The position numbers and the translations under genes were made by a program. A stretch of DNA of 64,000 nt from Octopus vulgaris (Eukaryota): NCBI GenBank assembly GCA_951406725.2, contig OX597827.1, positions 50,778,001 through 50,842,000 on the forward strand, read 5' to 3'. Positions 1-12,037 of the stretch are shown one piece after another (the stretch's first letter is position 1; every line of letters starts with the position of its first letter). The notes below the pieces were generated by a model. That model saw only the letters and a program-made list of their open reading frames with translations. It ran no database searches and had not been told where the DNA came from.

Positions 1-3
1 TAC

Positions 4-235
4 CTCGTTTTCAGCTCTACAACAATGTCCAGCAAACTGGACTCTTCTACCTTTTCACAAGGGATGATACAGGTGGTAACTTCCCGTATATTTGTACTTT
101 GGTTGGATAACGCTTCCACGAGGTAACTGCATGATGTACCGGTCCACAGCACGCATGCAGCAGCCAACTCTGAAAGGTTTTGCTGATTTGCTTCTTGGCA
201 AGCCCGCACTCCGCATATCTCTCAATGACCTTGAG
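4..235 (-). pseudogene. Degenerate piggyBac (PGBD-like) transposase fragment
   Basis: Minus-strand translation across frameshifts gives Y..CGLAKKQIS / KPFRVG / LWTGTSCSYLVEALSNQSTN...ESSLLDIVVEL. This resembles the piggyBac block [27 protein letters not shown]..GY....PYQG...GASLVL. Similarity judged by eye. Confidence 0.4.
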
Positions 236-640
236 TCTTTTCAAAAGGAATTACTTATATAAAAACGGGAGTGGCCTAATTGATAAAGAAACTAAAACAC
301 TTCACTCTGATTTACTTAATAGCAAGACGGAATTTTATCTCGCTCCCAAATACTCTCACATGATCAAATCAACAACTTGTACGCTGAATTAGGCATGTAT
401 GTGGTTGAGTATTCTATAAACACGTGTACTCTTAACGAAATTCTCAAACTCAGCATGATATACTGTGTGACAAAACTGGATCTTTGATTTACAAATACAA
501 TCCTTCGGACAGGCTTATAAGCTAATTAGCAACTGACTGACAAGGTTTGGGTTGACCTGATACTGTAGTAAAATACTGTTGCTCAAGGTACTATATAGGG
601 GCTCCGAATCTGGGTCCTTGTGATTGCGAAGCGAACTACT

Positions 641-745
641 GAGCGTAGGCTCGAAACGTAAAAGACTTTCTCACCTTCCCGAGCGTTAAACTAATACACC
701 TGCTTGTTGTTTATACACTTGTCTTCGACTTTTTTTTCTGTAAAT
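641..745 (+). repeat. Dispersed repeat with 5'-truncated hammerhead-like motif (second copy from ~36001)
   Basis: gagcgtaggctcgaaacgtaaaagactttctcac(c)ttcccgagcgttaaactaatac matches 36013-36070. Contains GAGC/GCTC stem + GAAACGTA but lacks the CUGANGA side. Confidence 0.7.
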
Positions 746-1049
746 TTCAGCTACTGAATTGTTAAGCCCATTCTATGTCTCTACTAAACACATACTCATT
801 CTGACACACACATGCGAACATACCTACACACAATCTGTGATGATAAATGCTAAAACAAATTTCTGGATGTCAGTGTGTCAACTTTCACCCCTTCTTTCAC
901 TATTTAATGACACTTCTACTCTTCTTGCTAGGATGAGAGTAATAGTAGGCATAGAGACGGTGAGGGCGGTAGTAGATTGACAGTTGAGATGGTAATGGGG
1001 TGATAGTAATAATATGAGCTGTAGTTGTGGTAGAGGCAGAGGTGACGTT

Positions 1050-1119
1050 GATGATGGTGGTGGTGATGGTAGTGGTGGTGGTGGTGGTGGTGGTGGTGGT
1101 GGTGGTGGTGGTGGTGGTA
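1050..1119. repeat. (GGT)n microsatellite
   Basis: Direct tandem repeat; source of the poly-Thr/poly-His pseudo-ORFs. Confidence 0.95.
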
Positions 1120-1392
1120 GCTGAGGCGGTCAAGCATAACGGTGATAGTAAGGGATGTGAAAGACATTGGTGATGGTGGTGGAGGGAAAGGCGGCGAAGT
1201 CAAAGGTATTGATGGTGGTGGCCTCAAAAGTCTGAATGGTGTGTGTATGGCAGTTGTGATGGTGATTGTGGTTGTACAGAAAGAGAGAGAGAGGGGGGGA
1301 GAAAGAAAGAGCACAGTTCTATATTTAAGAGATGAGGAATTATGTACATTATTTACAATTGACGGATATTTGTCCTCATCTTGTTTGTTGTT

Positions 1393-1438
1393 AACACAAC
1401 GTTTCGGCTGAAATATACTCCAACCTTCATCAGATGTC
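1393..1438 (-). ncRNA. Minimal type-I hammerhead ribozyme motif
   Basis: Minus strand: gacat CTGATGA a GGTTGGAG-tata-TTTCAGCC GAAACGTT gtgtt. Intact core, 8-bp stem II (with G-U pairs), palindromic AACGTT stem III, stem I gacat/gtgtt. Confidence 0.7.
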
Positions 1439-1485
1439 TTGGGGAAATTACGAACCTGGGTTCTCATTCCTAAGGTATTTTCGAT

Positions 1486-1498
1486 GTTGTTGTTGTTG

Positions 1499-1560
<62 letters not shown>
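1486..1560. repeat. (TTG)n(TTA)n microsatellite
   Basis: Direct observation. Confidence 0.95.
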
Positions 1561-1772
1561 TTATGTTTGACTTTTGCTTTACATTTGTACAAGTTGGCTC
1601 CAAGTCTCACCCAGAAACCTCAAGAGACAAGTTGGAAGTTCATGTTGGTGTCATACCTAGGGTGCCATATATTTCGTTTTGTACATAGTGTTGTTCTAGT
1701 GAATGTTTAAGAAACCATAAGAAAATTATGTTTGTTTTAAAACTTGAGATTACATAGAAAATATTTTGCGTA

Positions 1773-1846
1773 GGACAGACAAACAGACAGACAGGCAGGC
1801 AGACAGACAAACATACAAACAGACAAACAGACAGACAGACAGACAT

Positions 1847-1941
<95 letters not shown>
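1773..1941. repeat. (GACA)n/(GATA)n microsatellite
   Basis: Direct observation. Confidence 0.95.
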
Positions 1942-2502
1942 CTCATACAGACAGATGATGTTGATAAGATAAACATCGATTTGTGAAACTAATATTGAAA
2001 TTCATTTGATCAAACTCCCTACTGCCTCGGACATCTGTCTTAAATTATTAATTTGAGTAGTTTTGATCAGAATCAAAATATTGACTTGTTTGTTAACTGC
2101 TATATTGATTGCTGATATCCAGCACATTTACATGAAATTGCTTATAGGTTTTAGTGAGTTTTTTATCTATAATAAAGTTCCCTCTCTGTTTTGCTGGACC
2201 AGAGGGGTTAAAATTACATTTATTTTTACTCGGAAAAATACTATATATACTTTTTTTTAATGGAAGAACGTAAGATGAAAAAAAATCGATTGCAGCTTAT
2301 GGCTTCTTTTTTGCTTCGATTTACCACTACAGGGTAGGTAAAACTATTAGTTTCACCCGTTAGTGTCCCCACCAAACTCAGTTCCGTTAGCATTAATAAA
2401 CTAATTAGCATTCAAACTAACGAGGGAACGTCTACAAGAAAGTGCGACATGCTAGAAAGAGTAGCCTAATCTCGCTCATGTTAAACCGTCCTAAAATATA
2501 CC

Positions 2503-2734
2503 TATTTCTTTACTACCCACAAGGGGCTAAACACAGAGGGGACAAACAAGGGCAGATAAACGGATTAAGTCGATTATATCGACCCCAGTGCGTAACTGGT
2601 ACTTATTTAATCGACCCCGAAAGGATGAAAGGTAAAATCGACCTCGGCGGAATTTGAACTCAGAACATAGCGGCAGACGAAATACCGCAAAGCATTTCGC
2701 CCGGCGTACTAACGTTTCTGCCAGCTCGCCGCCC
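2503..2734 (-). mobile_element. SINE family B, full length, 17-bp TSD
   Basis: Head ggcggcgagctggcagaaacgttag...gagttcaaattcc (A/B-box-like), central gtcgactttgcctttcatcctttcggggtcgat-like domain. TSD ccgtcctaaaatatacc at 2486-2502 and 2738-2754. Homologous to 32840, 54490 and 55221. Confidence 0.92.
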
Positions 2735-4101
2735 TAGCCGTCCTAAAATATACCGTGTTGGTCACCCCATATCTGCGAAATATTAAGATGGTCAAAACCG
2801 AATTGCTTTTGACCATCATACAAGCATAATTAAAATAAGGTGATGCGCGTGGCCTGTCTTTATCAGCATTTCTTCACAGCAATTTTGAGTTAATTGTTTT
2901 GCAGTGCAAGGGTCCGCAAACTCATGTTCCCCCCCCCCCAGGCAATATAAATTCTAGCCATACCACTAGATCATTGGTTTACGAACTCAGGTCTGGCCCA
3001 GAGTAAAACAACAAACGACAACTGATAAACATTGAATTGCAACATATATTTTGCAGAATATATTCTTTATCATGGTCGATAGCATTTCTTTCAAACCATA
3101 CACATACACAAATCTTAAAATGGTTGAAAAACACAGTATACAATTTGGTTGTAGATACTCAATACACAGAAAAATGGGATGGTTACGGCTGGGAGGCATA
3201 TGATCACATGTTTGATTGATCGGTGTTGAGATGGAACTATTAACCAAGTGTGTTTAACTAATAAATCAATGTAGACAATTATAGCAAGGTCAATGCCAGG
3301 AGTCTAAGGTGAAATATGTAAAGTACTTTACTGGAAATATCCACATGCTTTAATTTCCTCCCATTTTTTCCTTATATTAAAACCTAACAATAGATTTATG
3401 TACAACATTCAACTCTAAAAAAAAAATATTCAACTTCAGGAAACTATATCTGCTGAAATAGTAGTTTATGTGAGCTATAGAATAATGGTGTATGAGATTG
3501 CCTTCATTAACTCTCCTGTCACAATAATAACTCCTCTCAATGCCGTTCTCATGCCAATAATTAACTGATCGATTTTTTGTCAATTGCATGACTCAGTCGT
3601 AACAACCGGACCGATAGCAATATAGAATATCTGTGCCACTAAAAGACCGATAGAAAAAAAAATAAATAAAATAAAATAAATGAATAAATAATAAAAAGTA
3701 AAAATTTCTTGTTTTTCTAAAGATTTATGACTACTTTTATAGTCAGTGAAAAATACTATGACAGAAGGGAAATATTGAAAAACTGAAATATCTTGCAGCA
3801 GTTTAATATGAATTGGGTTATTTCACACTTTCATCTATAATATTCGGGTTTTACCATTGCTTGTTCGTATTTTCTCTGCCTCATATTCTATTTTGATATT
3901 GTTGTTTTCAGTGATAATTGTCCCTTGGTGGGTCCTATTATCCTCAATCGTGTTATAATAAACTTCTTTTATTAGTACATCTAATTCTTTCAGTTCGTAG
4001 TTCTACTGCAAGTGTTTCGCAAAACAATCAAGTTCTCAAGACTGAGCTGATAACTACACTCATAAAATTTTGAGTAAGAAACTTATAAGACATGAAGAAC
4101 C

Positions 4102-4273
4102 AGGCGCAGGAGTGGCTGTGTGGTAAGTAGCTTGCTTATGAACCACATAGTTCTGGGTTCAGTCCCACTGCGTGGCACCTTGGGCAAGTGTCTTCTACTA
4201 TAGTCTCGGGCCGACCAAAGCCTTGTGAGTGGATTTGGTAGGCGGAAACTGAAAGAAGCCCGTCGTATATATG

Positions 4274-4355
<82 letters not shown>

Positions 4356-4579
4356 CGTGTATGTTTGTGTGTCTGTGTTTGTCCCCCTAGCATTGCTTGA
4401 CAACTCATGTTGGTGTGTTTATGTCCTCGTCACTTAGCGGTTCGGCAAAAGGGACCGATAGAATAAGTACTGGGCTTACAAAGAATAAGTCCCGGGGTCG
4501 AGTTGCTCGATCAAAGGCGGTGCTCCAGCATGGCCGCAGTCAAATGACTGAAACAAGTAAAAGAGAGTAAAAGAGTAAA
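4102..4579 (+). mobile_element. SINE family A, full length (tRNA-like head, internal (TA)n(TG)n, LINE-like tail)
   Basis: aggcgcaggagtggctgtgtggtaag...gggttcagtccc head; tail ggcggtgctccagcatggccgcagtcaaatgactgaaac + (gtaaaaga)n. Many copies in the window. Confidence 0.92.
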
Positions 4580-4754
4580 CATTTTTGTTCTAGAAATCAT
4601 AAAATATTGCTCAGAAATAAATTTTTTACAGACCCAGACTAACGGACGTTTATAGCTTTTTTTTTTACTGTTACTGATGTTGTTGAGATGTAAGTATTAA
4701 AGAGGTCGCTGAGAATAAGTTGTAGTACATGATATACGATGGAGGTAATATACA

Positions 4755-4820
<66 letters not shown>

Positions 4821-5169
4821 TGAGTGTGTCGCTGTATCCTCCAGATTGTCGAATGTTGATATACAATATTTGTGAAGCAGAGAATTTCTTAGGGATATAA
4901 GACGTTATTTTTATAAACAGCATGATGAATGCCGGCATACATTTGTTCAAAATATTTTCCTCGACTAACTTCTAACAGGTCTAGGTAACAATAAGCTTGT
5001 ATTTTGATTTCACCCTCACGCTTTCGCTTTTATGATTTTCATTTAACTACAATGCTTAATCTGAATGAAACTTTTAAAATATTTTATACTTTGTGCTCAG
5101 GCATGTAATAGATCATTTTTTTTATCCGTCCTTATATATTTAATTTGCTTTGCGGTAAGGACTGTTTCA

Positions 5170-5455
5170 ACGAAGTCGTGTCTCGCCTTTACTTTCGAAA
5201 CATGGAGTAGACGAAGCAGAGGCGGCTGAAGAAGGGGAATTTTCCTTGTGTTGTATGTCTAGTACTCTGTTTTTTCGTTGTTTAAAAAAATTGTCCGTTT
5301 CCATGGTTTTGTTTTTATGTCTTCGTTTCTCATTGTGTTCGACGTTTTTTTTTGTGTCCTGTACCCATATATGCATGTATATATACATATAGATGTAGGT
5401 ACTACATATATGTATGTATATACGCATATATTTTATTTATTATTTTGTTCTTATA
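5170..5455. repeat. Dispersed repeat family D (copies ~38060-38320, 57410-57730, 60847-61145)
   Basis: Shared ...gaagaaggggaat...ttcgtttctcattgtgttcgacg...gtacccatatatgcatgtatatatacatatagatgtaggt... block. Confidence 0.8.
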
Positions 5456-6387
5456 TATTTATACTTTTATTTTAACAATTTTCTAGCAGCTTATTCATAC
5501 ACACGAGACACTTGTAATAAACCAATACTCCACACCGTCCTACTTTTCTCGGCATTAAGTTTTACAACCTTTTCTTTGTGAGTCAAACATTTCCAAAAGG
5601 ACCAAAAAAGCCCCTCATTGTCTTTCATTCACTCCTTTCGTTTTCTTTTCTCTTTCTTCTTTACCCGTTTTTTACGCCACTTCACAATTTTTACAAACAC
5701 GTTTTTCGTTCATGGTTTCACATTCTTCCTTCTGTTTTCCTATCCGTTTGCCTGTGTTCATCCTGAATGTTTAGCATGTATATGTGGCTGACAATCATTG
5801 CATTTGCCATTCACCGTTCTGCAGGATGAGCCTACAAAGTTTGAAAGGAAGTATGTTTCACCGAACCAACAGTGAATTATGGATCTGTATACTAACTATA
5901 GTACGTACAGAAGCCTATCTTATATAACTGTTGACTAAAATGTGAAAATAATTTAGGTGAGCTGCCCAAACCAGAAAACTGGGCTATGACGTAAGCTTAA
6001 AGGATGTATTTCGTTTATATTACGCAGTATGCATAAAGGTAACTATATAAGCATCGAGATAGACTTACGTCTATACATGTATTGTTATAAGGTTATCTTA
6101 CAGATCAGAAAGCTAAATCCTAGTTGAGTATTGTAGAGTACATGATGTGTATCAACTACGGAATATATGACAAAAACGGCAAAATCTGTTGTATGATTCT
6201 GTTGATTATAAATATAAGTAGGCTGTTTTGATTTCAGTGTTTGTTCATTAGTTCTCATGCTGTGATATTGGTAGAGAGATATGACAACACGTTCTTTCTT
6301 TTCTACCTATTTAGACAAGCAGGAAGGTAAAGTTTAAAATAAATCAGCTCAGTCAAGATTCTCCGCAAGCAAATATATATGTGTGTA

Positions 6388-6453
<66 letters not shown>

Positions 6454-6486
6454 TATTAGAAGAAAAGAAGAAAGAAGAAAATATAA

Positions 6487-6734
6487 GAAGCTAGGATCAC
6501 CAAGCATAGATTGGCATATTTTGGTCATATTATGCGGAGAAAATCTCTGGAGAAGGACATCATGGCCGGAATGGTCAGTGGCAGGAGAGGAAGAGGCCAA
6601 CCAAGAACCCGCTGGCTTGACACCATCAAGAGTGATACCGGAATGGACATAGCCAATCTGAAAGAAGCGGCCCAGGATAGAACTGACTGGAGGACACTGA
6701 TCCATCGAGTAACCGAGAGTCGACTTCGACTGAG

Positions 6735-6738
<4 letters not shown>
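6487..6738 (+). mobile_element. RTE/BovB-clade LINE 3' end (RT C-terminus), between (TA)n arrays
   Basis: EARITKHRLAYFGHIMRRKSLEKDIMAGMVSGRRGRGQPRTRWLDTIKSDTG...QDRTDWRTLIHRVTESRLRLSG is the characteristic RTE-clade C-terminus. Open frame without stops. Confidence 0.88.
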
Positions 6739-6814
<76 letters not shown>

Positions 6815-6833
6815 AAGAAAGAAAGAGAAAGAC

Positions 6834-6913
<80 letters not shown>
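6739..6913. repeat. Compound (TA)n(GA)n(GAAA)n(GATA)n microsatellite
   Basis: Direct observation. Confidence 0.95.
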
Positions 6914-7151
6914 GTAGGATCCAGGGATCGAAGTGTAGGAGGAAAGTTAGCTTCAAGCAATCTGTAGTAAATATAAGAAAACAACTTTCAGGGACAATAG
7001 TGGTTTATTGAGACGGAAGATTATGGATTATTTTCATATCGGAGACCGATAAACTGAAAAAAGTTATTTTTATATTGCACGGTCGGCGACCATGGTTGCC
7101 GCGTGAGCGAATAAGAATACAAGAATTACGGAATGCAGTTGGAAAGATCGG

Positions 7152-7234
7152 AGCTACATATGTTTCATAGCGAGCGGAACCTCAGAAGTGGTAAAATCCA
7201 AGTGAGGTGTATACTGTCGGCTACTCTTCAGGCC
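7152..7234 (-). ncRNA. Type-I hammerhead ribozyme motif with long stem II
   Basis: Minus strand: ggc CTGAAGA GTAGC...ACCTCA...TGAGGT...GCTAT GAAACATATGTA gct. Intact core, palindromic ACATATGT stem III, GUA cleavage triplet, short 3-bp stem I. Confidence 0.72.
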
Positions 7235-7595
7235 AAGAATATCCTGATTAGATTAAAGGTCACATTGACGCAAGAAGGTACATGTTGATGCAAGGAAGAT
7301 TCAATCCGAAAGTGTAGGGAGCACGGTATGAGAGGAGTATATAAATGTAAGGAGAAATAAATATTAGAAGAAAAGAAGAAAGAAGAAAATGTAAGTTTGT
7401 GAAAGGAAGGAGGAATTTAAGCACGCTTATTTGACTGTTGGTATTCTAAGGGCTTTTTTGGCTGAATTACAGAAATTAGCAGGGGAGTGGTATTATAAAA
7501 GAAAATTGAAAATTAAAAGATACACTATGAAGTGGTGGAGGTGTATGTAGCGTATTTACTTGCAGGTTTACGGATGAACATATATATATATGCAT

Positions 7596-7656
<61 letters not shown>

Positions 7657-7834
7657 CATTATTGCGAGGAAGGGATGGCCTCCCTTTGGAAATACTTCAA
7701 GGGCACTGAAATGGTGTGTAAAGCCAGCTGGATACGACGATCTCCTGGGGCTATAAAGCTACAGTAACACCCCCCTCCCCTATGTGGTTAGCCATGTTAA
7801 GATGGCTTCTATACTTTATATATATATATAATTA

Positions 7835-8055
7835 TACTCTTTACTCTCTTTACTGTTTTGCTTGTTTCAGTCATTTGACTGCGGCCATGCTGGAGCAACG
7901 CCTTTTAGTCAAGGAAATCGCCCCCATGACTCATCCTTTGTAAGCCTAGTACTTATTCAATCGGTTTCTTTTGCCGAACCGCTAAGTGACGGGAACGTAA
8001 ACACACCAGCATCGGTTGTCAAGCGATGTTGGGTGGGGGCACAAACACAACCACC

Positions 8056-8137
<82 letters not shown>
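7835..8137 (-). mobile_element. SINE family A, 3' half (5' half at 11669-11828; split by the PLE)
   Basis: Reverse-complement tail and body of family A, ending in the internal (CA)n(TA)n. Confidence 0.9.
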
Positions 8138-8170
8138 TAAGAAAGTTTGTTTGGTAAAGCACGTGGGTGA

Positions 8171-8390
8171 ATATATAAGAAAATAGTAAAGTGTGAAAAA
8201 ACGACAGAAGGCTTAAATGTTAAAAAATATATATATTTGTGTCAAAATGTCTGGAGAATATTGGAAAAATTTTTTTTCCTTTCCTTAAAATGACATAATT
8301 TTAAAATTTTTAAAGAAATTACCGGTTTCGCGTGTAGCTTTTCAAATTTCTTGTGACGTTATGTTTATATTGTATGGAATTATCGTTGTT
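8171..8390 (-). repeat. 5' inverted pseudo-LTR
   Basis: Reverse complement of 11403-11621 with only one substitution and one homopolymer indel seen. Confidence 0.95.
8313..8352 (-). ncRNA. Hammerhead ribozyme (U3-A8 variant), antisense copy
   Basis: Exact reverse complement of 11441-11480. Confidence 0.78.
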
Positions 8391-8391
8391 C

Positions 8392-9045
8392 TTCTTCCAA
8401 AAATATAGTGAAACCTTCAAAAATGAATTGGGTACAAATAATCCCTTTCTTAAGAAAATTACAATAAATAAAAAAGAAAAACCTAACAACCCACGAACAA
8501 CCCCCAACTATCCTCCATACACTAAAAACAGAAATCACCCACAACCAACCTATACAAACCACGCTAGACCTAACAGGTAACTAGCTGAAAGAGGACGCGT
8601 CTATGAAAGAAATTACACCAAAAACAGAACAAACCAACAACATCCTAATACCAGACCCTACCACCATACAGCACAATACGACACTAGGATAAGAAATACA
8701 CCACACACAAATCACTACTACCCCATGAACCAAAACTACTGGTCCCCACTAAACACAAGACAAACGCAAAGAAACACTATGTCAAGCAACATCCCACATA
8801 CAAGAAGTTCGAAACAAAAATATTCCCCATACAGAAATTTTACACACACCACAAGCATTAACAACCATAGATTCCCACACACACACAACGATCGGAGGCA
8901 ACAATACCAACACTCACCCGACCAAATACCACACAACCTCACAGACAACTCATACAAACAAAATTACACCCAACATTTTTTAGCCAGGGACCAGGGACAC
9001 CAGGACACAGGCTGGAACCTAGTAATAAGGAAAAACCGAAGATAA
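8392..9045 (+). pseudogene. PLE upstream ORF (ORF1-like; N/Q/T/H/P/Y/R-rich, 5'-truncated)
   Basis: Track ORFs 8353-8580 and 8725-9045 are in the same frame, separated only by one TAA (8578-8580). Overlaps the pol frame. Confidence 0.6.
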
Positions 9046-11305
9046 TCAATCTTTCAACCAAACCTCTTTCTAACATAAAAATTGACATCCTCGCAAAAGG
9101 GCTCAAATTTACACCAACTCCACGCAGAGCAAACCTAAATGAACTCAAGGATAATATAACAGAATTTTGCAGAAAATTAAGACTAGCAGAAGCATCAAAC
9201 AGTTTCAATACTGAAGATGAATCACTTGTCAAGAACAAAAGTGAACACATCCCACACAGAGGAAGAAATAAAGATCTTGACGAATTCTGTAACCACATTG
9301 AGAACTTCCCCTACCATACTATACATAAACAGAAAGCTAACCCAAATTTTAACAATACATAATGGAAAGAACTGATAGAACTCCAAAATGATGAAGATAT
9401 AACCATTAAGGAAGCGGACAAGGGAAATGCAGTTGTAATAATGGATACATCATACTACAGAAATCTTGTAATTTCCTTGCTTGATGAAGACCTACATTAT
9501 GAAAAAATTACCAACTACACCCCACAAAAAATAATGAAAACTTTATCTTCACTAATTAAAACCCATGAAAAGGAACTGACAACCAAAGAGATTGATTTCC
9601 TAACAAACTTTAAATGCAAACCTAGCCTTTTCTATGGTCTGCCAAAAATTCATAAAAGTCAAATTATAAATGAAACCATTAAAAAATCACCAAAGACATA
9701 CATACACACACCTAATCCGGGGACCTAAAACTACGACCCATTGTAGCTGGCCCAACCTGTGAAACACACAGACTAAGTCTACTTATGGACATCCTCTTGA
9801 AACCCTTCCTTAAACATATCGATAGCCATATCAGAGATGACTTAGATATGTTAAACCACCTTCCAAAAAAACCAAGGAAGAAACAATCCTGGTTTCATTT
9901 GATGTAGTCAACTTGTATTCCAGTATACCTCATAATTATGGACTGGAGGCAATACAATTCTGGTTAGACCAATTTCCGGAAGAAATACCAAAAAGGATCA
10001 GTAAGGAATTCATTACTAAATCAATTGAATTCATCCTACACAATAACCACTTCATGTTTGACAATACATTTTACCGTCAAAAATCCAGAATTGCTATGGG
10101 TACAAGGGCAGCACCAGTCATTGCGAACTTAACAATGGGATACATGGAAATAATCATTTACCAGGAATCTCTATCAATCTTTGGAAACTCCCTCTCTCAA
10201 TACATAAAAGAGAATTGGAAACGATTCCTAGACGATTGTTTCATTCTCTGGAATGAAAACATAGATAAACTCCTAAAATTTAAAAACCTATTGAACAGCA
10301 TAAACCCAAATATACAGTTCACAATGGAATACAACCAAAAGGAGCTCCCGTTCTTGGATATACTAATTAAAAAAATTAACCTTAAAATAGAAACAGACAT
10401 TTTTTACAAAGCCTCAGACGCCAAACAATACCTTCTTTTTAATTCATGCCACCCAAGACACACTAAAACAAACATCCCCTTCAACCTTGCAAGAAGGATA
10501 TGCACAATAGTGTCAGAACAAAATACCAGGAACTTTAGACTGCAAGAACTCAAAAACACCCTAATTGACAGACATTACCCAGCTCAACTCATAGAGGATG
10601 GGATCAGACGTGCAACAGAAATCAACATAGAAACTTTAAGAAAAGTTCAACACAACAACACACCTTCCCCGAAAATACTACCTTACATATCTACATACAA
10701 CCCCAGAAACAAAGAAGCCTTCACCATCATCACCCAGAATTTACCAATACTTCATAAAAACCCAAAATTAAAGGAAATTCTAAACATACACCAAATCATT
10801 AAAAGCTACAAACAGTCTAAATCACTTAAAAAGATTCTCACAAAGGCAAAATTGTCTTCTAAAATTACGGATGCAAAAGTAAAAAAAATGTGGTAGATCG
10901 AACTGTGCAACATGTCCTAACCTATTGGAAGGATCAGAATTCTTCTTTAAAGAGGGACAGAAATTTAAGATCAAATCTAACTTTACTTGTGCCTCTGAAA
11001 ACATAATTTATGTTATTAAATGCTCGGGCTGCCACCAAGACTACGTGGGTTCCACGGGACTATCACTCAGGCGCAGATGCACACTGCATCGACAACAGAT
11101 TGCATTCCCAGAATATAGAATGATACCTTTTAGTGAGCACATTGAGAAATGCGCAAAGCAACTACTGCCACAATTTTTAATCTTCCCATTTTACCAATGT
11201 GCTTTCGGATCATCAACACAAATGAGACTGAACAAGGAAACATTCTTCATTGAAAAGTACAAACCCAGACTCAACCATCCGAACATACTGACACAGAGAA
11301 ATTAA
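8982..11305 (+). pseudogene. PLE reverse transcriptase + GIY-YIG endonuclease polyprotein (disrupted)
   Basis: Motifs KIINLS..LS...ILAKGLKFTPTP, IKEADKGNAVVIMD, YGLPKIHK, RPIVAG, VSFDVVNLYSSIP, IAMGTRAAP, WKRFLDDCF, LPFLD, SCHP, CGRSNCATC, FTCASENIIYVIKCSGCHQDYVGSTG..LRRR. Lesions: TAA at 9360 and frameshifts near 9720, 9870 and 10885. Confidence 0.93.
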
Positions 11306-11402
11306 CAAGGAAATGGGAAAAAAATTTTTAAGCGATTATCTCCCCTACACCGGAAAAAATCACTCACTACCTCCCCTTATTTAGAAATCTCCTGGAAATA
11401 AA

Positions 11403-11612
11403 AACAACGATAATTCCATGCAATATAAACATAACGTCACAAGAAATTTGAAAAGCTACACGCGAAACCGGTAATTTCTTTAAAAATTTTAAAATTATGT
11501 CATTTTAAGGAAAGGAAAAAAATTTTTCCAATATTCTCCAGACATTTTGACACAAATATATATATTTTTTAACATTTAAGCCTTCTGTCGTTTTTTCACA
11601 CTTTACTATTTT

Positions 11613-11621
<9 letters not shown>
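11403..11621 (+). repeat. 3' pseudo-LTR of the PLE
   Basis: Follows the GIY-YIG stop and 3' UTR; inverted copy at 8171-8390. Confidence 0.95.
11441..11480 (+). ncRNA. Minimal type-I hammerhead ribozyme (U3-A8 variant)
   Basis: AAGAAAT TTGAAAA GC-tacac-GC GAAACCGGTA ATTTCTT. Perfect 7-bp stem I, 2-bp stem II, palindromic ACCGGT stem III, GUA triplet (predicted cut after 11473). Confidence 0.8.

Positions 11622-12037
<416 letters not shown>

Larger units (their letters stand above)
8138..11621 (+). mobile_element. Penelope-like retroelement (probably Neptune-type), 5'-truncated, with inverted pseudo-LTRs
   Basis: RT and GIY-YIG motifs, Cys-rich linker (C-x4-C-x2-C), ~220-bp inverted terminal copies carrying a hammerhead, inserted in (TA)n. 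Clade assignment is an inference from the Cys linker and microsatellite target. Confidence 0.93.

Noticed and set aside
4-169. Possible host exon on the minus strand (tttcag...ag|gta, open frame)
   Set aside because: Better explained as a piggyBac-like relic with similarity spanning frameshifts; no partner exon seen.
900-1467. Poly-Thr/poly-His ORFs, and the many YI/CV/HT/SIYL-repeat ORFs throughout the track
   Set aside because: Translations of microsatellites and SINEs; no coding signal.
5165-5235. GAAAC..GTA...CTGAAGA arrangement in repeat family D as a hammerhead
   Set aside because: No consistent stem I/II pairing across the three copies.
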